A stretch of DNA of 64,000 bases from Torpedo marmorata (taxonomy: Eukaryota). Position 1 is the stretch's first letter. Each line of letters begins with the position of its first letter. The notes under the pieces were generated by a model. That model worked only from the letters and a program-made list of their open reading frames with translations. It was not told the DNA's origin and did no database searches. The stretch covers positions 98,394,001-98,458,000 of the forward strand of contig OZ360227.1 in the NCBI GenBank assembly GCA_977017645.1, written 5' to 3'. Positions 25,912 through 39,369 of the stretch are shown piece by piece. The position numbers and the translations under genes are program-made.

Positions 25912-26190
25912 AACCTCCATCATTTGTGAAAAAAATTGAAAATGCAACAGCAATTTCGGGAAGTTCAGCAGTGTTTCAATGCAGCATGAAAGGTTCACTA
26001 CCAATCACTTTAACTTGGCTGAAAGATAAAGATGTAATTACAGAAAGTAATAATGTCAAAATGACTTTTGAGAACAATGTTGGTACTCTTCACGTTGCTG
26101 CTGTCGAAATGAACAGCAGTGGCAGATACACCTGTCATGCAGAAAATGAAGCAGGAAGTCAAAAGTGTTTAGCAACTTTAATTGTGAAAG
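25912..26190 (+). CDS. ttn: Titin Ig exon R1.3 (279 nt)
   Basis: Open I-set Ig, AG/GT, phase 1. Confidence 0.93.
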
Positions 26191-26298
26191 GTCAGTTTAA
26201 TAGTACATTGTGAAAAATAATATAAAGATCCATTTTATGAAACTATATGCTTTGCATTGCTAAAGCTTGTTAATGTTAACTGTTTCATTTTACCATAG

Positions 26299-26577
26299 AA
26301 CCGGCAAATATCATAGAGAAAACAGAACCAATTAGTGTGACTGCTGGAGACACAGCAACTTTGGAATTTGTAATAGCTGGCACACCAGAACTGAAAATTA
26401 AATGGTTCAAGAATGGCAAGGAGCTAATATCCAGTAGAAAATATAAAACAAGTTTATTAAATAAAATTGCCAGCCTAAAGATTATTTCTGCAACAAATGA
26501 GGACAGTGGCGAATACACTTTTGAGGTCAAAAATGATGTGGGGAGCTGCAGTTGCAAAACTTCAATTGCTGTATTGG
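26299..26577 (+). CDS. ttn: Titin Ig exon R1.4 (279 nt)
   Basis: EPA-type Ig, AG/GT, phase 1. Confidence 0.93.
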
Positions 26578-26669
26578 GTTAGTATATAATTTATAATTCT
26601 TTTAATAATTTAAGCATTTTTAAAATTAGTTAGGATAATATCATTGAATTCTCTCTCTGTCTTGGACAG

Positions 26670-26957
26670 ATCGTATGATTGCTCCAACCTTCTCTAGAAA
26701 ATTAAGGAAAATGACCAGCATCTTGGGTGTGACCTTTTGCATGGATTGCAAATTCTCTGGTTCTATCCCAGTTGTGATTTCTTGGTACAAAGATGACAAA
26801 GAGTTATCAGCCAATGATAAGTACACAATGACGTGTCAAGACAACACTGCTGCCTTGGCGGTTAAACAATTAGAAATTACAGATGGTGGAACTTACTCCT
26901 GTAAAGCTACTAACTCTGCAGGATGTGATGAATGCAGTGGAGTCTTAAACGTGAAAG
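26670..26957 (+). CDS. ttn: Titin Ig exon R1.5 (288 nt)
   Basis: DRMIAP long-linker Ig, AG/GT, phase 1. Confidence 0.93.
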
Positions 26958-27494
26958 GTTTGAATCAATAACCAACATTTTCTCTTTTGCTAATGTCGTT
27001 TTTGTTCCTTTTGCAAATGAGTTTTATTTTCAATGAAAGTAGATTTTCATGATCAATATGCTGAAATTTGGCGATATTTTGGGCTATTTTTATTTCTTTC
27101 TTGACACCTGCTCCTGATTCTCAGCCAAGGAAGTTTCTAGGTCACCCTTTGGTTCTCTGTTCAATGGTCCATAATTCTAATATGAAAGTTGACAGCAAAA
27201 ATCCTGCCTTTATTCAATATTCACAAGCATAGTATTCAAGTCAAATATTGGGAAAAGCACCCTCTTTATATTTCTTCTTTCAAACCTTGCTACTTGATTA
27301 TATTGATGCCACAGGCAACCTATGGAGCTCAGCTAACTGAGAACAAATCAGTAATTGATTCTTGTATGTTGCTGTTTGTGTTAGTTAACCACTTGGCAGA
27401 TAAACTTGCTGATCCATCAGGGAGACCATTAGAATATGTTAGAATTTATTCAGTTGTCTGATTGCAATTAGGTCTAAGTACCAGCAGACAATAA

Positions 27495-28350
27495 GATTCA
27501 AGATTCAATTTATTGTCATAGTAATAAGACAGTGTCATATTCCATGAAATTTCTTTTTGCCTGCTGCAAGGCAGACAGATTCGCTACCGGCAGAAATTGC
27601 CTAAGCGCCTCTAACATTCCTTACAGTCAGAGAAAGAGAAGCAAAAGAAAGTCCCCCCAGAGTCACCATGTGTCCATAGATTCACCTCCAGTGCTTCTGC
27701 AGCCTCCGCAGCCACACAGAGTTCAGTCCAAACCATGGCAACCCGAGCTCCAGATCCGAACCTCCAACACGGTCAGGTTGCCCTTGGCACCCCCTCGCAT
27801 CCCGGTTCCGATACCTGGTACTCCTCCAGCCAGTTCGAGCCAGCCTCCAGCAGTCCGCAGCCCGGTGTGAGTCCCCCGACAGCAGTCTCCAGCAGCCCAC
27901 AGCCTCCGCGGGTTCCTCGCCTCGAGTCGCCAGCAGCCCGCCGCATGCACTGGTCCTTCAGCCTCAGAGCCCCTCACCGGTCCGCCGCCGTGGTCACCGT
28001 CCTGTGGGTCGTTTCCTCTGCTTCTCCTTCACAGACGGGGGTGGGGGGGTGATCTTTCCGTCCTCTGGTGCCCTGCTCCAGTCCTCTGCTTCCCCGGAAT
28101 CTGCAGCCCTTCGTGGCTGCTACCGGTTAAAAGGCGCTGCCATCTTGGGCGCAGACCCCGTGGTCGCGGGATCTTAAATAAAACCACCGTCGGCTCCTTT
28201 AACGAGCCGTTCAAAGCCCGTGCGGAACCGACGGCAGTCGACTGGGCGGCTGGACCCCGCGGGAGCACTGTATCTCCACTCCCACGCTCCCCGCGGGTCC
28301 GCACCAGCGGCAGCGCTGCCACTACAGTGGCTCTGGAGGTCCCATCAGGT
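27495..28350 (-). mobile_element. GC/CpG-rich non-autonomous retroposon with a Rex/Babar-like tail
   Basis: Minus strand ends tgacaataaattgaatcttgaatct; sharp GC-rich block with no RT motif. Confidence 0.6.
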
Positions 28351-28492
28351 ACATAGGTAAGAGTCATAGTGTACTCTAACTTTTGTCATATCTTCAAAGA
28401 AGGGGAGAAAAAGAAAAGGGGTAGAAAACTTAGCTTGCTTGATATGTTTAATTATTTTGAATTACTTGTGCTATTTTTTTCATATATTTTAG

Positions 28493-28771
28493 AGCCTCCA
28501 AGCTTTATAATAAAACCTGCATCAGAGAAAGTTCTGCCAGGTACAACAGTGAAGTTTAAGACTGTTGTAAATGGAACACCTCCAATGTCAATGAAATGGT
28601 TCAAGGGTAATACAGAACTTGTGACTGGTGGCAGCTGTTTCATTATGAAGGATATTTCTACAACATATCTTGAGCTTTTTTCAGTGAAACCGTCTGATAT
28701 GGATGATTACACTTGTGAAATCAGCAATGATGCTGGAACAATTTCCTGCACAACAAATCTTTTTGTTAAAG
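28493..28771 (+). CDS. ttn: Titin Ig exon R1.6 (279 nt)
   Basis: Open I-set Ig, AG/GT, phase 1. Confidence 0.93.
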
Positions 28772-28906
28772 GTGATTATCTTTTATTTACATATATATTC
28801 TGCTTAATTGTATTCAATATTTAATTAGTCTTTGTCCATTTTATGAAAATAACTAATATTCTTGGGAATACTCAGTAATTGAAGGAATTGAAGTTCTAAT
28901 TACTGT

Positions 28907-29768
28907 TGTTACAAACTCAAACCAGCAACGACAGAAGACACAATGCAAAAGGGGTAAAATTGAAATTTATATTTATTAAAGACAATTAAACATATAATTT
29001 CTTAACAATTAACCCCACTATAAATGTCTATAAACACTATTCTTATCTAAAGTGTGTGTGTGTGTGTAAAGCCCAGACCATTACAGTCTGTGCCCAACCC
29101 TCATATAAAAATGGAAAACCTTCCCCAAAACCCCCTGGTCAGTCATAAAAATAAGTCAGTCCCAAAAATACAGTCCACAAAAATCACTCTCTATGTTCAG
29201 GGTCCAAATTCAGCTCTGTGCGCTGGCACAAAGAACTTCTTAATGAACGTTGGAGAGAGAGACAATGACTGTTTTAGCTTACGAATGCTTGGCCTGCTTT
29301 TCTTCCCTGATGACTTTCCCTTTTGGTAGGTGCATGAGGATTGTGATTCCAAATCAGTATACCACTGATTGAGGTGTATACTGGATCTCACAGCCTATCT
29401 CGCTGATCTCACGCCTGTTCTCCACGAAAGTTGCTTTACTTCAGTCTTTTACTGATAAAGGAGGCCATGTGTTCTTCTCCACAGCCTTTCTAGCTGGAAT
29501 GCACAAGCCTCTGGTTTTGCTGTGTTGCTCCAGCCTTTTGCAACTCCAAACTGAATGCTTTTTGCAGAGGTTTGCACCTGCTTTTGCAAAAGTGCAACAA
29601 AGTATCTTTCCACAGCCTGTCTCTCTCTCTATGTGTGTCTCTCTCTGAGCACAGCCAGTCCTGGGCAAGTTAGCTCTTTCAGTACCTGGTCCCAGTGTGT
29701 ACTCCAAAAGACTTCATCCTTCCTGCTAACCGTCCTGCAGTCCAAATGGTCAGTCATGGTCCATAACA
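28907..29768 (-). mobile_element. Solo LTR (Gypsy-like), 862 bp
   Basis: Termini TGTTA...TAACA; 4-bp TSD CTGT at 28903-28906 and 29769-29772; AATAAA on the minus strand near 28975. Confidence 0.8.
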
Positions 29769-29864
29769 CTGTGAAGTGCAACAGTTGCTTCTTGTTACTT
29801 CTTTGTCTCTTTTTATGAATATCTTTTAAATGTGTTATTCATGGCATCTTGATTTTTTTTTTAG

Positions 29865-30146
29865 AACCACCAATGTTTTCCCAGAAGTTAGAGCCGTCAA
29901 GATTGTTGAAAAGTGGTGACTCGGCTCGGTTTGAATGTAAAGTGACTGGCACACCTGAAATTAAAGTTACATGGTATAGGAAAGACAAGCAGGTTCATCC
30001 AAGTGATAAATACCGAATGTCATTTGTTGACTGTGTGTCCATTCTTGAAATTCTAAATGGTGTTGTGGAAGACAGTGGCGAATACACTTGTGAAGCTAGA
30101 AATGAAGTTGGCAGTGAGAGTTGCAGTGTTACTGTAACAGTTAAAG
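29865..30146 (+). CDS. ttn: Titin Ig exon R2.1 (282 nt)
   Basis: Open I-set Ig, AG/GT, phase 1. Confidence 0.93.
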
Positions 30147-30273
30147 GTCTGTGAAGATTCCTCACAATTTCATGACTTTGGCTTAATTCGCAAGATATTT
30201 GTGGAGCTTGTATGTTTGGATCTAGATGTCAAATGACATTTTTAGATTGAATTTATTATTTGTTCTTTTGCAG

Positions 30274-30552
30274 AACCTCCATCATTCAGTAAAGTACTTG
30301 AATTTCTTGAGGTGATTAAAGCCTCTGATGTTATTCTTGAATGTGAAGTGGCTGGCACAGCCCCCTTTGAAATTTCTTGGCATAAGGACAATAAGCAAAT
30401 TAGGCCTAGCAGAAAGTACAAGACAATCTGCCAGAACTCTTTAGTTAGTTTACATATTCTTAAATTTGATACTATGGATGTTGGTGAATATCAATGTAAG
30501 GTATCAAATGAAGTTGGAGGTTGTACATGCAGTTCTACAGTGGCTTTGAAAG
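30274..30552 (+). CDS. ttn: Titin Ig exon R2.2 (279 nt)
   Basis: Open I-set Ig, AG/GT, phase 1. Confidence 0.93.
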
Positions 30553-30686
30553 GTTAGTGAAGACCCAGTATGGATTTCTCTTCTGTTATATTCCAATAAA
30601 AACTAATTTAATTTTTTCCTAATTAAATGTTTTGCACTGTCTAATTTGAGAGTCCTATACTTAAAAATTTTCATTTTTAAAAACAG

Positions 30687-30965
30687 AACCACCATCATTT
30701 TTCAAGAAGATTGAAAATATTACCGTGCTTATGGGAATGCCTGTTATGTTTCAATGTATGGTGAAAGGTACAAGTCCAATTTCCATAACCTGGCAAAAAG
30801 ATAAAGATGATATTACTGAAGATGCTAATACTAAAATATCTTTTGAAGACGATATAGCAACACTGCAAATTGTTTCTGCTGAAAAATATCATGGTGGGAA
30901 GTTTGTTTGTCAGGCAAAGAATGATGCAGGAATCACAAAATGTGTTGCAAATTTAACAGTGAAAG
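30687..30965 (+). CDS. ttn: Titin Ig exon R2.3 (279 nt)
   Basis: Open I-set Ig, AG/GT, phase 1. Confidence 0.93.
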
Positions 30966-31865
30966 GTTGGTTTAAATATTACTATAATCATCTGTGCTAA
31001 GCAATCAGCTATTTCTAAAAATTGTCTGTTAAATGTTTCGAGTTATTTTAAGATTTGGATGCATGTTTTAAGACAATGCAAATAAAAGATAATATTTCTA
31101 GAATGAAAATATACTATGAGAAAAATCTCAAAATTAAATTGATTACAAGTGTTGAATTTTTAGTGTCCACTTTTGGTGTATAAAACTGGAATTTGTGGCA
31201 GCAAAGCGATACTGTTTTAGTTGTTAAATCAACAAATTGCTGGATGATTTGCATCAGCCTTGCAAAAGTGAGAGCATACCTTCACTCCATGCATGCAGAG
31301 AAATTAATGGATTTGTCCAAGCATATGAAATAATCTTATTATAGAAAGTTAGACTAGTGCTTGGTGTTCTCAAGACATTTGAATTTGTATGATTTATGAT
31401 AGTGACATGAATTTTTAAATTATTCAATTGAAATTATCATCTTACTTACAGATGATAAATTGTTCAGAGATATCCAATCATTTTAATTTTATATCCTTGC
31501 TCTTGCTTTCTGTTTATTTTTCAATCATTCTATAAATCCAACCTTTCTTTCATCTCTTTATTACTTTTTAATTATTAATTTGTCTCTAATTTTATTTCTT
31601 TCCACATTGCTCCCTCTATTAGTCTAAAACATACTGATCACTAGCATTTGATCAGTGGTTGATCCCAACAACTGTAAGTCATCTAATTCTCCTGAACATG
31701 AGGATGCATGAACAAATACTATAATATTTACATTCAGAGATTATCTAAGTTTGATTTTGTGATAGGTTAAATAGCTCAGTTCCAGAAAGAAAAAAAATAA
31801 TGGTCTTAAATTGTTTCCATTGTTTCTTATAGTCTTGCCCTCTTATATTTTTTTTATTGTCACAG

Positions 31866-32144
31866 AACCCGCAAATATTATAGAAAAAGCAGACTCTATT
31901 AGTGTAACTGCAGGAGAGCCAGCAACATTGGACTGCAGTTTTACAGGAACACCAGAAATCAAAGCCAGATGGTTTAAAAATGGCACACAGTTGATTACAG
32001 GGCGAAAATACAAAATCAGCATTACAAATAAGGTTACAAGTTTAAAGATTCCTTTTACTGAAAAAGAGGATAGTGGTGAATATACATGTGAAGTTGAGAA
32101 TGATGTTGGTAGCAGCAGTTGCAAAGCTTCCATTACAGTATTGG
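31866..32144 (+). CDS. ttn: Titin Ig exon R2.4 (279 nt)
   Basis: EPA-type Ig, AG/GT, phase 1. Confidence 0.93.
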
Positions 32145-32250
32145 GTTAGTATTTTTGCTCTTCCATTTCAATGCAATTAAATATTTTAACAAAACAGCAA
32201 AGGTTTTGAAAGAAATAATAATCTTTGATTTCCCACCATGTGTTGGACAG

Positions 32251-32538
32251 ATCGCATAGTTCCACCATCATTTAAGAGAAACTTAAAAAATATGGATGGC
32301 ATCAAAACTTCTTTTGTTAAGATGGAATGCAAAATCTCTGGTTCTCTTCCAATGAGTGTGCTTTGGTATAAGGACAATGAAGAATTAACAGCTACCGAAA
32401 AGCATAAATGTTCTTACCATGATAACATTGCACAGTTGGAGATTCATCAACTAGAGATAGCAGATGGTGGAACTTACACTTGCAGAGCAAAAAATGCTGC
32501 TGGAACTGATCAGAGTATTGGTGTCTTAACTGTGAAAG
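32251..32538 (+). CDS. ttn: Titin Ig exon R2.5 (288 nt)
   Basis: DRIVPP long-linker Ig, AG/GT, phase 1. Confidence 0.93.
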
Positions 32539-32654
32539 GTTTGAATTGTTATCTTCAATCTGTTAATTGGTTCAAATTTGATTAGATTGACCAATATCCT
32601 TCAGTTATCCAAAACTACTTGTCATCCATTTAAATTTTTTTAAATTTAAATTTT

Positions 32655-32903
32655 AAATTTAGACATACAGCACGGTAACAGGCCATTCGGCCCATGGGTC
32701 CGTGCCGCTCAATTTACACCCAATTAACCTACACCCCCAGTACGTTTCGAATGGTGGGAGGAAACTGGAGCCCCCGGGGAAAACCCATGCAGACACGGGG
32801 AGAACGTACAAACTCCTTACAGACAGCGCAGGATTCAAACACCAGTCCTGATCACTGGCGCTGTAAAGGCATTGCGCTAACCGCTACGCAAACCGTGCCG
32901 CCC
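32655..32903 (-). mobile_element. V-SINE copy, full length
   Basis: Closely similar to 9608-9858. Confidence 0.88.
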
Positions 32904-33044
32904 TATTTACTGCAATAATAACCCTGTTGAGAATGCATGTATTATACTGACCTGTTTATTATTTTAACGTTTCATTTTTGTGAAATCATTAATTTTCATT
33001 TTATTTTCTTGTGATAATGACTAGTTTTCCTCTGGAATTTTCAG

Positions 33045-33323
33045 AACCTCCATATTTTACTGTGAAGCCTTTGTCGCAGGATGTTGTACCTGGTTCTAAA
33101 GTACAGTTTAGGGGTGTTATTAGTGGAACTCCTCCAGTAACTATCAAATGGTTCAAGGACAAAAAGGAGTTGGTACCGAGTAATTCAATTTACATTTCAA
33201 AAGAAGGTTCAACAAGTATGCTACAACTTCATTCAGCAAAAGTCTCTGATACTGGTGACTACACTTGTCGAATCAGCAACGAAGTTGGCACTGAATCGTG
33301 TGTGGCAAATCTGTTTGTCAAAG
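33045..33323 (+). CDS. ttn: Titin Ig exon R2.6 (279 nt)
   Basis: Open I-set Ig, AG/GT, phase 1. Confidence 0.93.
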
Positions 33324-33889
33324 GTGTGGAATTTTTAAAGATTCTCTCGAGTTTTAAATGATTTGTTTAATTAAGTTTCTTTCTGGGGAAAAAAATCTTG
33401 TTTTGGAGGCTCCTTTTCTCATAGCTTTCTTTATTAATTATTACATATCTACCGGTATATTGTCTTTCCAATCAGCAAAATCTTCCTTCAACATTCATGC
33501 TAATTTCTTTGTCTTATTTTTATTTGACCAATTAAACATTTATCTTTTTTCTATCTTTTATTAGATTTAATATTTGTACCATGATTTTTGGCCACATAAT
33601 TCTTGTTTGAGATTTTATAGTTTTCTTCATTTTGCATATATTGTAGGAAATGGTCAAACTAAGGTGCTTGTCCCATCTGCGCCTTTTTTAATTCAATTCA
33701 GCATGAACAAAGAAGTACTGTTCACAGAACATTCAAATTAAGTTAGTAGAATTATCACCGTTTCATGACAGGCAGTCCTTGAATTGCCATGGCTCAGTAG
33801 TAAGGCCACAATTTGGATTTTCTGTTTTGCCCAATTTGTTCTGCAAGGGTGCCACCCAGTATTATGCTGCATCCCGAATGGTCCTTGTA

Positions 33890-34215
33890 GCATAATCACA
33901 GAAATACTGGAGGAACTCAGTAGGTCTCGTAGTGTCCATAGGAGGTAAAGATATATTACCGACTTTTCAGGCCTGAGCCCTTCTTCAAGGTATGAGAAAA
34001 AGCAGGCAGTGCCTGAATAAAGGAAATGGAGGGGAGTGGAGTACAGACCAACAGATAAAAGGTGATAATTGGATATGGAGAAGAGGCCAGCAGAAAGGAA
34101 AGGTGAGAATTGATAGGGGGAGGGGTGGGGTTGGCTCTGTGAATGCAAAGCTGGGGCAAAGAAGATAGAGGGAAAAGGGGAGGGAGAGAGATAGAGCTAC
34201 AGGAAAGGAGACCTG
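33890..34215 (-). mobile_element. Penelope-like element terminal fragment
   Basis: Minus strand cttgaagaagggctcaggcctgaaaagtc...gacctactgagttcctccagta after a pyrimidine-rich stretch; related to 10300, 19180 and 60636. Confidence 0.6.
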
Positions 34216-37200
34216 GAATTAGATAAGATAGGAGAAAAAAATACCAGAAGATTTTATATATAAATGGGAATCTAAATTAATAACGGGTGAGAGAGAAACC
34301 CCTTTGTTGAAACATTTGATTAATATTTGGAATAAGATAAACATTGATGATGAAATTTCTTTATATATTTATTTAATTCTTGAAAAAAACTTTTGTGGTA
34401 ATAATATTGGTAATGTTTGAAACAAATATTATACTCTAGGAAATACATTCATTTTAACACAATTAACTCTACCCAACAAAGTTATTGGTAACGTCATCCA
34501 TTTATTGAGATCTTCTCCAATTTTCTTCAATAAAGGTAAATAGTTCAGTCTATATAAATAATTTAAATTATTATCTACACGTATACCTAAATATTTTATA
34601 CCATTCGTTGGCCATTTAAATTGAGTTTCTCTTTGACACTGAGTATAATCTCCTGTAGTGAGGGGCATAATTTCACTCTTATCCCAATTTATTTTATAAC
34701 CCGATACTTTCCCATAATCTTCCAGTCTTAAATATAATTTACCTAGTGAACTTATTGGTTCTGTCAAATAGATTAAAACATCTTCTCGATTAACTTTGAA
34801 TCCTTTAATCTCTGGATCTGACCGGACCAATTCAGCAAGTGGTTCTATTTCTAAAATAAATAAGGATGGTCATAGTGGACATCCTTGTCTACTCGATCTT
34901 GTTAATGGAAATGGTGCAGAGACCTGTCCATTTGTTACAACTTTAGCCTTGGGCTCATTATACAGAGCTTTGATCCAATTTACAAATATCTGTCCCATCC
35001 CGTATTTTTCCAACACCTTAAATAAAAAGTCCCATTCCAATCTATCAAACGCCTTTTCCACGTCCAAAGCCACTGTTACACTTAAGTCTCCCATTTTCTG
35101 TGCTAAATGTATTACATCTAGTTACATTACATTATCTGCGGATTGTCTCTTTTTTACAAATCCTGTTTGATCCATATTTATCAATTATGGTAAATATTTC
35201 ATCAATCAATTTGATAAAATTTTTGAAATTATCTTATAATCTGCATTTAATAACGAAATAGGCCTATATGATGACGCTTTTAAAGGGTCTCTGATCTTTT
35301 TTGGTATTACTGTTAATATTGCTGTAGAAAAGGAATCCAGGAGAGTGTATGTCTCCGCCGTTTGTTGCACTACCTCCATAAATGGAGGAATCAACAGATC
35401 TTTAATTTCTTTATAAAATTCAGGTGGAAAACCATCCTCTCCCAGAGATTTATTACTTTGTAATGAGCTCAATGCTTCACACACCTCTTTTGATGTAAAA
35501 GGGGCATCCAACCCTGTTTGTTCTTCCAGACTTAACCTTGGTAAACTTATTTGTGATAAAAAGTTTTCTATCTTATTATCATCTCTTTGCGACTTGGATT
35601 GGTATAACTTAGGATAAAATTGCTTAAAAGCTACATTAATTTCTTGAGGTTTATAAGTAATCACATTTGCGTCTGTTTTTATTGCATTCATTATTCTTGA
35701 AGTTTACTCTGCTTTCAATTGCCAAGCAAGAACTTTATGAGCTTTTTCGCCTAACTCATAATATCTCTGTTTAGTTTGCATTATTGTTTTTTCTGGTCTA
35801 TATGTTTGTAATGTTTTATATTGAAGTTTCTTACTAATAAGCCGCCTACATTTCTCAGAGATTCGTTTTTGTAAATCCTTCTCTAAGTGTGTTATCTCTT
35901 TCTCCAATTTTTCTAACTCCTTTATATATTCCTTCTTAATTTTTGAAGTATAACTTATAATTTGTCCTCTTAGGTAAGCTTTCATCGCATCCCATAGAAT
36001 AAATTTATTATTAACCGAATTAGAATTTGTCTCAAAGAAAAATTGAATTTGCCTTCTAATAAAATCACAGAAGTCTGGTCTTTTTAACAACTGAATTAAA
36101 TCTCCATCTATAAACTGATTCTTCTTTATCCAGCATTATAATTGTCATTAACAAGGGTGAATGATCTGATAATATTCTATCTTTATAATCCACCTGTTTA
36201 ATCCTATCTTGAAGATGTGCTGATATTAAAAATAAATCTATCCTCGAATAAGAATCATGCCTGTTTGAGTAAAATTAATAATCTCTTTCTCTTGGATACA
36301 TTCTTCTCCATGCATCTATTAAATTCAAATCTTTCATTAACATCAAGGTAGCATTCGCTGCTTTTGTCCTTGTTATAGCTCTAGTTGATCTATCTAAGGC
36401 TGGGTCCAAACAGAAATTAAAATCCCCACCTATTAATATATTATTATGTGCTTCTGCCAAATTAAGAAAAGTTTCTTGTATAAATTTTTCATCATCTATA
36501 TTCAGTGCATATATATTCATAAGGGTCCATAATTCAGGAAAAAAATGACAGTGTACTACCACGTATCTCCCTGCAGGATCAGTTACTATATTCTGTATCT
36601 TAATCGGAAGAGTTTTCTTTATTAAGATTGCCACCCTTCTTGCTTTTGAGTTAAATGAAGAGGCTGTAACATATCCTACACAATCTCTCTTTAATTTCTG
36701 ATGCTCTGTCTCAGTTAAATGGGTCTCTTGTAAAAAAGCTATATCTGCTTTCATTTTCTTAATATTTGTCAATATTCTTTTTCTCTTCACCGGTCCATTT
36801 AGCCCATTAACATTAAAACTTTAAAAAATGTACTGTATTACTCATTGATAAATTAGATTTATTTCATAATATTTCTCCCTCCCCTATCTCCTCGCATCTC
36901 CCCGAGAATCTTATATTTATAATCTACCGTGCTACAGTGCGTCCTCCTCAGCCATCCAGGTAAAAAGAAAAGAAAAAAATATATATAGAGTAATAAAAGA
37001 CCCCCCTATTAATGTTGCTTAAATAATACGCAATACTACCCCCCTCCATTTTACGGGTTGTGGCTTCTGCCACAATTACACACATGATTCCGTAGTAGTC
37101 AGTCCATATCCCCTCCAACCCACCAGATGTTTTTTTTAAAAAATATTTTATTTAAATTTTTAAATCACAAAATACATAAAATAATTTTGCATATATTTCA

Positions 37201-39368
37201 AAAATACATGTGATATACATTTTCTCCCCCCCTTCCCACCCTCCTCTCCCTAACCCCTATATCCCCACTACTCTAAAAATAAAATATAGTAAAAGAGAGA
37301 AAGAAAAAGGAAAGATAGAAAAATAGGATGAGGAGACAACAAACTTAATACTAATTTACCTTAGAGGTTATTTTCGCCAGTGGATCTGATATCTAGAGAA
37401 TTTAAATTGTTAAACCCATAATCCTCATATATGGGCCCCAAATTTCAAGAAAGAATGATATTTATTTCGCAAGTTATAAGTAATTTTTTCTAATGGTATA
37501 CATGAGCGTAACTCTGCATGCCATCGTTCTAAACTTAAATCCACATCTGACTTCCAAGTAATAGCTATACACTTTTTCGAAACTGCTAATACTATACGTA
37601 AAAATTCTACTTGGTACATATTTAATCTATTTCTAATACTAAATTTTTTAATATCTCTAAATAAAAATAACATAGGATCCATTGTAAATCCAACATTAAA
37701 AATTCTCTCTAAAAAATTCTTAACTTTCAACCAAAAATCTTGAATTTTTGAACATAACCATGTACAATGTACAAAAGAACCTATTTCACTTTTACATCTA
37801 AAACACATATCTGATAACGCTGGATTAAATTTCTTCAATTTTTTAGGTGTTAAATATAATTGATGGAAAAAGTTATATTGTACTAATCTATATCTAACAT
37901 TAATAACTTTAGTCATACTTAATTTACATAAATCTTTCCAATGATTTTCATCTATATTAACATTTAAGTCTAATTCCCATTTTAATCTAGATTTATGTAA
38001 CCCTACTTTAGACATCTTTCTCTGAAACAATTTATACAACCCCCCAGATGTTATCCAAATATAAGTCCATCTTTAACTTCGTAATTAATAATGGATTTTT
38101 AGATTTCTGCCTGTTGGTTGTCTGGTAGAATGTCCATGTATTCTTCTGCACTCAGATGATTTCTAAAGAATTTATTTTGCCCATTTGCTACAAATCCTTC
38201 AGAGTAGCAGGATGTCGTAGATAAAATCTATAGCCTTTTTTCCACAGGTCATTCTTCACCTTGTTAAATTCTTTTCTTCTTTTCAACAACTCGTAACTTA
38301 TGTCCGGATAAAAGAAGACCTTGTTTCCATCAGATTTCAGTGGTTCTCTCCCTGCTTTAACTCTTCGTACTGCTGCTGTTAATATTGTCTCTCTATCTTG
38401 ATAACGAAAACGTTTTATCAATATCGATCTTGGCTTTTGATCTTGTGGTAGACGTGGTCTCAAAGCTCTATGTGCTCTTTCAATTTCAATAGGTTTATCC
38501 ATTTCTATTTCCAGAACTTCCGGGATCCATTCTTGAAAAAACTTTATCGGATCTTCACCTTCTATACCTTATTTAAGGGCAACAATTTTAATATTGTTTC
38601 TTCTACTGAAGTTTTCTAATAAGTCTATTTTATCCCAGAGCTGTTTTCTTTCACTAACCCAGGCATCTGTATTATTTTCCATACGATCCACTCTTCCTTG
38701 TACTCCTTCCATTTCGTTCTCCAAATGTTTAACTTTATTATCAACTTTGTCCAATTTGTTTTGCACTTTTGTTACCATGTCTGTTCTCATCTCTCTTAAT
38801 TCTTTAATTATAGATATATATATTTTTCATCACTTTTCTGCTTAGGTTTCCTACCTTTATCTTTGGAAACCTTAGTAATTGTAGGCATTGTTAATTCTTC
38901 CTCATACTCCTCTTCTTCGTTGCTGGCCTGAGGTGTAGTGTCCTGGTCGCTGACATTTTGAATTTTTTGTGTTCTGCGCATGCGTGGCTCCTCACGCATG
39001 CTCAGTTCCTCTTCCTCTTCTTCATCGTCTTCTGGTTCCAAATACACCTGTGATGGCGCTGTGGAGCATTTCACAGCCCCCAGCAGGGGTCTGCTTTGAC
39101 CGGGAGGGAGTTCTCACCTCAGCTCCCGGATCCATCGAGACGGTAGGCTTTCTTCCTTGTTGCTGTTGTTGTTCTCGTTGTGTTACCGACGGGCCAGCGA
39201 CCTTCCTTGATTTTTTTGGTGACATTCTAAAATCGTTCTAGGGTAGTTCTTAAACTTTTTTTTTTTATGTTTGGTTAAAAATACTTTACTTATATAGCAC
39301 TTTTTAAAACTATTTCCCAGGAGGGTCAGATTTTTACTTCCTGACTCTACTGCATCACGTGATGTTCC
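34216..39368 (-). mobile_element. L1-clade LINE with 5' UTR, ORF1, endonuclease and RT; degraded, 3' part missing
   Basis: ORF1 IEIERAHR, LENFSRRNNI; EN IAFLQETH, IGGDFN; RT SYRPISLLNADYK, LDVEKAFDRLEW, RQGCP. Confidence 0.93.
37132..38036 (-). mobile_element. Nested 5'-truncated L1 (zf-RVT C-terminus and 3' UTR) inside the larger L1
   Basis: CFRC...FVHC.WLC, IPLEKITY; 16-bp TSD with one mismatch at 37116-37131 and 38037-38052. Confidence 0.88.
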
Positions 39369-39369
39369 C

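Noticed and set aside
27532-28367. GC-rich ORFs suggesting a nested gene
   Set aside because: They lie inside a retroposon-like GC block where stops are rare
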